A stretch of 64,000 bases of DNA from positions 6,192-70,191 of the forward strand of contig JBQTIB010000074.1 of assembly GCA_052389435.1 (NCBI GenBank), read 5' to 3'. The DNA comes from Sporichthyaceae bacterium. Its GTDB lineage: Bacteria > Actinomycetota > Actinomycetes > Sporichthyales > Sporichthyaceae. A model generated the notes under the pieces. It made no database searches. It was not told where the DNA came from and saw only the letters and a program-made list of their open reading frames with translations. This document shows, in pieces, positions 59,448-64,000 of the stretch; within the stretch, counting starts at the first letter, position 1; every line of letters starts with the position of its first letter. Made by a program: the position numbers and the translations under genes.

Positions 59448-61484
59448 GAGGGGCCGCCCGCCCGGGTAGTTGCGCGGGTCCGGCTCGTAGGTCGGGCGGT
59501 TGTCCGCGGGGATGGACTTGGTGACGTCCACCGCCTCGTCGGTCTGGCCGTTCGCGAGCGCGATCTCCTTCTTCGTCAGCACCGGCGGCAGGCTCGACGG
59601 GATTCGGGTGTCCGAACCCGTCCAGGCCGGCCGGTTGGGCCGACGGCGGATGTCGTGGAAGATCGCCGCGATCTCGGCCTTGTTGAGCGTCTCCTTCTCG
59701 AGGAGTTCGAGCACGAGGCGGTCGAGCACGTCGCGGTTGTCGACGAGGATCGCGAACGCCTCGTTGTGGGCGGTCTCGATGAACTTCTTGACCTCTTCGT
59801 CCACCACCGCGGCGACGTGTTCGGAGTAGTCCCGCTGGTGGCCCATGTCCCGGCCGAGGAAGACCTCGCCGCTGTCCTGGCCCAGCTTGATCGCCCCGAG
59901 GCGCTCGGTCATGCCGTACTGGGTGACCATCGCCCGGGCCAGGCCCGTGGCCTTCTCGATGTCGTTCGCGGCGCCGGTGGTCGGGTCGTGGAAGATCAGC
60001 TCCTCCGCCGCGCGTCCGCCCATCATGTAGGCGAGCTGGTCGAGCATCTCGTTGCGCGTCGTGGAGTACTTGTCCTCGTCCGGCAGCACCATCGTGTAGC
60101 CCAGGGCCCGGCCGCGGGACAGAATCGTGATCTTGTGCACCGGGTCGGTGTTCGGCAGCGCCGCGGCCACCAGGGCGTGCCCGCCCTCGTGGTAGGCGGT
60201 GATCTTCTTCTCCTTCTCGTTCATCAGACGAGAGGACTTCTGCGGGCCGGCGACGACGCGGTCGATGGCCTCGTCGAGGTTCTTGTAGGTGATGAGCTTG
60301 CCGTCGAGGCGGGCCGTGAGCAGCGCCGCCTCGTTCAGCACGTTCGCGAGGTCCGCACCGGTGAAGCCGGGGGTGCGCCGGGCGATGCTCATCAGGTCCA
60401 CGTCGGCCTCGAGCGGCTTGCCGCGGGCGTGCACCTTCAGGATCTCGTGCCGGCCGGCGAGGTCCGGACGCTCGACGGCGATCTGCCGGTCGAAGCGGCC
60501 CGGGCGCAGCAGCGCGGGGTCGAGGATGTCGGGGCGGTTGGTGGCGGCGATCAGAATGACGCCGCCCTTGACGTCGAAGCCGTCCATCTCGACGAGCAGC
60601 TGGTTGAGGGTCTGCTCGCGCTCGTCGTGCCCGCCGCCCATGCCGGCGCCGCGGTGGCGACCCACGGCGTCGATCTCGTCGACGAACACGATCGCCGGGG
60701 CGTTGGCCTTGGCCTGCTCGAACAGGTCCCGGACGCGGGAGGCGCCGACACCGACGAACATCTCGACGAAGTCCGAACCGGAGATCGAGTAGAACGGCAC
60801 GCCCGCCTCGCCGGCGACGGCGCGCGCGAGCAGGGTCTTGCCGGTTCCGGGCGGACCGTAGAGCAGCACGCCCTTCGGAATCTTGGCGCCCATCTGCTGG
60901 AACTTGCCCGGGGCCTCGAGGAACTCCTTGATCTCGTGGAGCTCCTCGACGGCCTCGTTCGCGCCGGCCACGTCCGCGAAGGTGGTCTTCGGGGTGTCCT
61001 TGGAGATCAGCTTCGCCTTGGACTTGCCGAACTGCATGACCCGCGAACCACCGCCCTGCATGTGGTTCATCAGGAACAGGAAGACCAGCACGATCAGCAC
61101 GAACGGCAGCAGCGTCACCAGCAGCGAGACGAACAGGTTCTGCCGCGGGTTTTCGATGTCGTACTTGTTCGGGATCGAGCCGTCGGCCGACTTGCGCTGC
61201 AGCAACGCCGCGAGGTCGTCGCCCTGGCCCGCGATGAACGAGGCCTGCAGTTTCTGGGTCTTGCCCTGGGCCTTCTCGGTCAGGGTGACCCGGATCTTCT
61301 GCTGGGACCCGCCGACGAGCGTGGCCTTTTCGACCTTGTTCTCTTCGATCGCCGCGATGACGGTGGCGGTGTCGACCTTCTCGTAGCCGTTGGCCGCGTC
61401 GAAGACGCGCGAAAGCAGGATTACGGCAACGACGGCGACGAGAATCCACATCACCGGGCCGCGCAGATAGCGCTTGAAGTCCAT
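59427..61484 (-). CDS. ftsH: ATP-dependent zinc metalloprotease FtsH
   Basis: ATG at 61484: [19 protein letters not shown]..., Walker [19 protein letters not shown], second region of homology (SRH) [19 protein letters not shown], Zn site HEGGHAL. Confidence 0.95.
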   Translation of the reverse strand: MDFKRYLRGPVMWILVAVVAVILLSRVFDAANGYEKVDTATVIAAIEENKVEKATLVGGSQQKIRVTLTEKAQGKTQKLQASFIAGQGDDLAALLQRKSADGSIPNKYDIENPRQNLFVSLLVTLLPFVLIVLVFLFLMNHMQGGGSRVMQFGKSKAKLISKDTPKTTFADVAGANEAVEELHEIKEFLEAPGKFQQMGAKIPKGVLLYGPPGTGKTLLARAVAGEAGVPFYSISGSDFVEMFVGVGASRVRDLFEQAKANAPAIVFVDEIDAVGRHRGAGMGGGHDEREQTLNQLLVEMDGFDVKGGVILIAATNRPDILDPALLRPGRFDRQIAVERPDLAGRHEILKVHARGKPLEADVDLMSIARRTPGFTGADLANVLNEAALLTARLDGKLITYKNLDEAIDRVVAGPQKSSRLMNEKEKKITAYHEGGHALVAAALPNTDPVHKITILSRGRALGYTMVLPDEDKYSTTRNEMLDQLAYMMGGRAAEELIFHDPTTGAANDIEKATGLARAMVTQYGMTERLGAIKLGQDSGEVFLGRDMGHQRDYSEHVAAVVDEEVKKFIETAHNEAFAILVDNRDVLDRLVLELLEKETLNKAEIAAIFHDIRRRPNRPAWTGSDTRIPSSLPPVLTKKEIALANGQTDEAVDVTKSIPADNRPTYEPDPRNYPGGRPLFDPPTA

Positions 61485-61708
61485 CGATGCGGGGCTGGAC
61501 GCCCCGTCCTTCCTGCCAGCCCATCGCACGGGGCTCGGTGCCGGTGGAGAACCGGTCCGATACCGCGTACTTCGGGACCACCCCGAAGCTCCGAAGGTAC
61601 CCGATCAGGCAGGTGAACGGCTCGGACGAGTCACTAGTCGTATCTGATCCGTGAACGTGCGTTGCATGCACATGATCATCTTTTGTAGACGATCTTTCAC
61701 CTTTGGCG

Positions 61709-62263
61709 CTAGGCGTCGTATACGTGCGGAGCCAAGGTCGCGACGAACGGGAGGTTGCGGTACTTCTCGGCGTAGTCGAGCCCGTAGCCGACGACGAACT
61801 CGTTGGGGATGTCGAAGCCGAGGTACTTGACCGCGATCTCGATCTTGCCGGCGTCGGGCTTGCGGAGCATCGTCATGACCTCCAGGCTCTCCGGCCCCCG
61901 CGAGGACAGGTTCGCCAGCAGCCAGGACAGCGTGAGCCCGGAGTCGATGATGTCCTCGACCACCAGGACGTGACGGCCGGACAGGTCGAGGTCGAGGTCC
62001 TTCAGGATGCGCACGACGCCGGAGGACTTGGTGCCGGAGCCGTAGGAGGAGACCGCCATCCAGTCCATCTCGGCGGGCGTGGACAGCGCCCGCGACAGGT
62101 CGGCCATCACCATCACGGCACCCTTGAGCACCCCGACGAGCAGCAGGTCCTTTCCTGCGTAGTCGGCGTCGATCTCCCGCGCGATCTCCGCGGTGCGGGC
62201 GGTGATCTCCTCGGCGGTGACGAGCACCTTGCCGAGATCCTCGCCGAGGTCGTCGGCGTTCAT
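61709..62263 (-). CDS. hpt: Hypoxanthine phosphoribosyltransferase
   Basis: ATG at 62263: MNADDLGEDLGKVLVTAEEI...LLVGVLKGAVMVMADL...VLVVEDIIDSGLTLSWL...VVGYGLDYAEKYRNLP. Confidence 0.92.
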   Translation of the reverse strand: MNADDLGEDLGKVLVTAEEITARTAEIAREIDADYAGKDLLLVGVLKGAVMVMADLSRALSTPAEMDWMAVSSYGSGTKSSGVVRILKDLDLDLSGRHVLVVEDIIDSGLTLSWLLANLSSRGPESLEVMTMLRKPDAGKIEIAVKYLGFDIPNEFVVGYGLDYAEKYRNLPFVATLAPHVYDA

Positions 62264-62285
62264 GCGTGAGCCGGCATTCGTGCGC

Positions 62286-63278
62286 TCATTCCTGGTGGGG
62301 TCGAGGGCGGGCGGGGCCCTGCAGATGCAGAATCGCACACCGCCGGAGAGCCGTTACCCCGCCGGGGAGATCGAGCGGCCCCTGTCCGCGCCAGTCGAGC
62401 ACCAACCGCTCGACGGCCTCGACGTGCGTCAGCGCCAGCGTCCCCGCCGGCGCCCCGGCCGCGAGCGTCGCCGACCGCAGCCCCCGGGGGCGGACGGCGA
62501 CCGGCAGCGCGGCGAGCGCGGCGCAGTCCAGGCCGCCGTCGCGGGCGCAGTCGGCCGCCGCCGCGGCCGCGAGGTCGTCGAGGGCCTCGGCGTCGGCGCG
62601 CAGCAGGCGGGCGGTCCGCGTGAGGTTGGCGGCCACACCCGGCCCCAGGACCCGTTCCAGCGCGGGCAGCGCCTCGTGGCGAATCCGCGAGCGCGTGTAG
62701 GCGGGGTCGGCGTTGTGCGGGTCCTCCCACGGCGTCAGTCCTTCCGCGAGGCAGGCCTCGCGCACCAGGTCTCGGGTCAGCCCGAGCAACGGCCGGCGGT
62801 AGACCCCGGTCCGGGCGGGCATGCCGGCCAGCGCGCGTGGCCCGGAGCCGCGGGTCAGCCCCAGCAGCACGGTCTCGGCCTGGTCGTCGGCGGTGTGCCC
62901 GAGCAGCACCGCCGCGGCGCCGAGCCGTTCGGCGGCCTCGCCGAGCGCGGCGTACCGCGCGGTGCGCGCCGCGGCCTCCGGTCCGCCGACGCGGCCGACG
63001 GCGACCGCCGCGACCTCCACCGGCTCGCAGCCCAGTGCGCTCAGCCTCGCCGCAACCTCGCGCGCGCGGCGGTCCGATCCGTCCTGGAGCGCATGGTCGA
63101 CGGTCACCGCTCCGACCCGCAGCCCGGCCCGCTCGCCGACGAACGCCGCGGCAGCGGCGAGCGCGAGCGAGTCCGCTCCCCCGCTGCACGCCACCAGGAC
63201 GAGTTCTCCGGCGCCCAGGTCGCCCACGTCGGTGCGCACGACGCTTCGCACCTGCGCGACTGCCGGATGTGGACCCAC
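62286..63278 (-). CDS. tilS: tRNA(Ile)-lysidine synthase
   Basis: [18 protein letters not shown] (PP-loop SGGxDS), [30 protein letters not shown]. Confidence 0.9.
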   Translation of the reverse strand: MGPHPAVAQVRSVVRTDVGDLGAGELVLVACSGGADSLALAAAAAFVGERAGLRVGAVTVDHALQDGSDRRAREVAARLSALGCEPVEVAAVAVGRVGGPEAAARTARYAALGEAAERLGAAAVLLGHTADDQAETVLLGLTRGSGPRALAGMPARTGVYRRPLLGLTRDLVREACLAEGLTPWEDPHNADPAYTRSRIRHEALPALERVLGPGVAANLTRTARLLRADAEALDDLAAAAAADCARDGGLDCAALAALPVAVRPRGLRSATLAAGAPAGTLALTHVEAVERLVLDWRGQGPLDLPGGVTALRRCAILHLQGPARPRPHQE

Positions 63279-63473
63279 CCGCCAACGGTGTCACGTTGCG
63301 ACCGAACCCCGGCGTCCGGTGGGCATCGATTCGCCGAACACAGCCCGTGCCCCGAGGTGGACCGTCGGGCAGCGGAGCCCTCGGGAGCGGACGCGAACTT
63401 CGACCCGTGCCTGCTCCAAGTTGTCGCCGCTCCACGCGACGCGCCGGCCGTCGGCGGAGATCGACGGAGCGCA

Positions 63474-64000
63474 CTAACGCCGCCAGAGTTCGAGCCTGGC
63501 GCCGCTGAACTGCAGGCCGATCAGCACCGCGCCCGCGGCGGACAGCGCACGCGGGGAGAGATAGCCGCCGTCGCCGGGGAGGATTTTCCGCTTGCCGGTG
63601 GCGAGGTCGACGACGACAAAGCCCGAACGCACCGCGTAGGCGACCGTGCGTCCGTCGCCGGACATCGCGACGTACGGTCCCGTGTCTCGGAACGTGTCGG
63701 CAGCGAGGGACACCCGCTGCAACGTCGTGGCGGTCGTGTCGGCCAGGTAGACCGCCTTGGGGCTGCCCCGGTAGACGAACGCGACCTTCGTGCCGTCGGC
63801 GGACAGCGAGATCCGCCCGATCGCGCCCTTGCCGCTCCACACCCGCGACGTGGTCTTGGCGTCGAGGTCGCGGATCAGGACGTCCTTGGTGTCGCCGCGG
63901 ACGGAGACGAACGCGACCTTGCGGCCGTCGGCGGAGAGGTCGAAGACGTCGTCGGTCACCGACGCCAGGATCGTGCCGGTCGAGGAGACCGACGCCCGCT
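63474..64000 (-). CDS. PD40/TolB-like beta-propeller repeat protein, C-terminal part (open to the right edge)
   Basis: DLSADGRKVAFVSVRGDTKDVLIRDL..., SLSADGTKVAFV... and MSGDGRTVAYAV... repeats. The frame stays open upstream of the Met listed at 63959, through position 64000. Confidence 0.6.
   Translation of the reverse strand, partial: RASVSSTGTILASVTDDVFDLSADGRKVAFVSVRGDTKDVLIRDLDAKTTSRVWSGKGAIGRISLSADGTKVAFVYRGSPKAVYLADTTATTLQRVSLAADTFRDTGPYVAMSGDGRTVAYAVRSGFVVVDLATGKRKILPGDGGYLSPRALSAAGAVLIGLQFSGARLELWRR

Overview
Very high-G+C Actinomycetota chromosomal segment, mostly transcribed on the minus strand. A housekeeping block that is contiguous in organisms such as Mycobacterium tuberculosis runs tilS-hpt-ftsH-folE-folP-folB-folK-DUF3180 and then DUF2520-panC-panD-nadB/nadC-coaX. 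Here it is split by about 42 kb of accessory DNA (about 8.3-50.9 kb). Smaller insertions also sit inside the block: two tandem kinase-like genes, a LicC-like nucleotidyltransferase and an NTF2-like gene. The accessory DNA holds six things. (1) A large LuxR-type regulator. (2) An iniB-iniA-iniC-like dynamin operon with an internal intrinsic terminator. (3) A divergent membrane-anchored Hsp70 protein that has only the nucleotide-binding domain. (4) A DUF4012 gene and a low-molecular-weight (LMW) tyrosine phosphatase gene. (5) A visibly lower-G+C islet with two anchored surface proteins and a solo AbiEi/DUF559-like gene, flanked by two phased arrays of a repeat with the core TCATGGATGA. (6) A polysaccharide locus of about 27 kb whose gene order resembles staphylococcal cap5/8. 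It encodes a Wzc tyrosine autokinase (BY-kinase), CapD/E/F/G-type UDP-FucNAc enzymes, a Wzy-like polymerase, four GT4 glycosyltransferases, a CapM-like priming transferase and a CapN-like reductase. It also encodes three paralogous flippase-like proteins and several tailoring enzymes: methyl-, acetyl- and pyruvyl-transferases, a GT14 enzyme, LicD and a secreted alpha/beta hydrolase. A second, degenerate Hsp70-like gene ends the locus. The left edge carries an orphan mftB-like chaperone gene next to an alcohol dehydrogenase fragment. No rRNA, tRNA, CRISPR array, transposase or integrase was recognised. Many very long ORFs in the track are antisense or out-of-frame artefacts of the G+C content. 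The observations I rate highest are the phased repeat arrays around the AbiEi-like gene, the tandem PG-binding pseudokinase pair, the Hsp70-like/dynamin neighbourhood and the REP-like composite palindromes. All functional calls come from my reading of the translated sequences and motifs. No database search was run.
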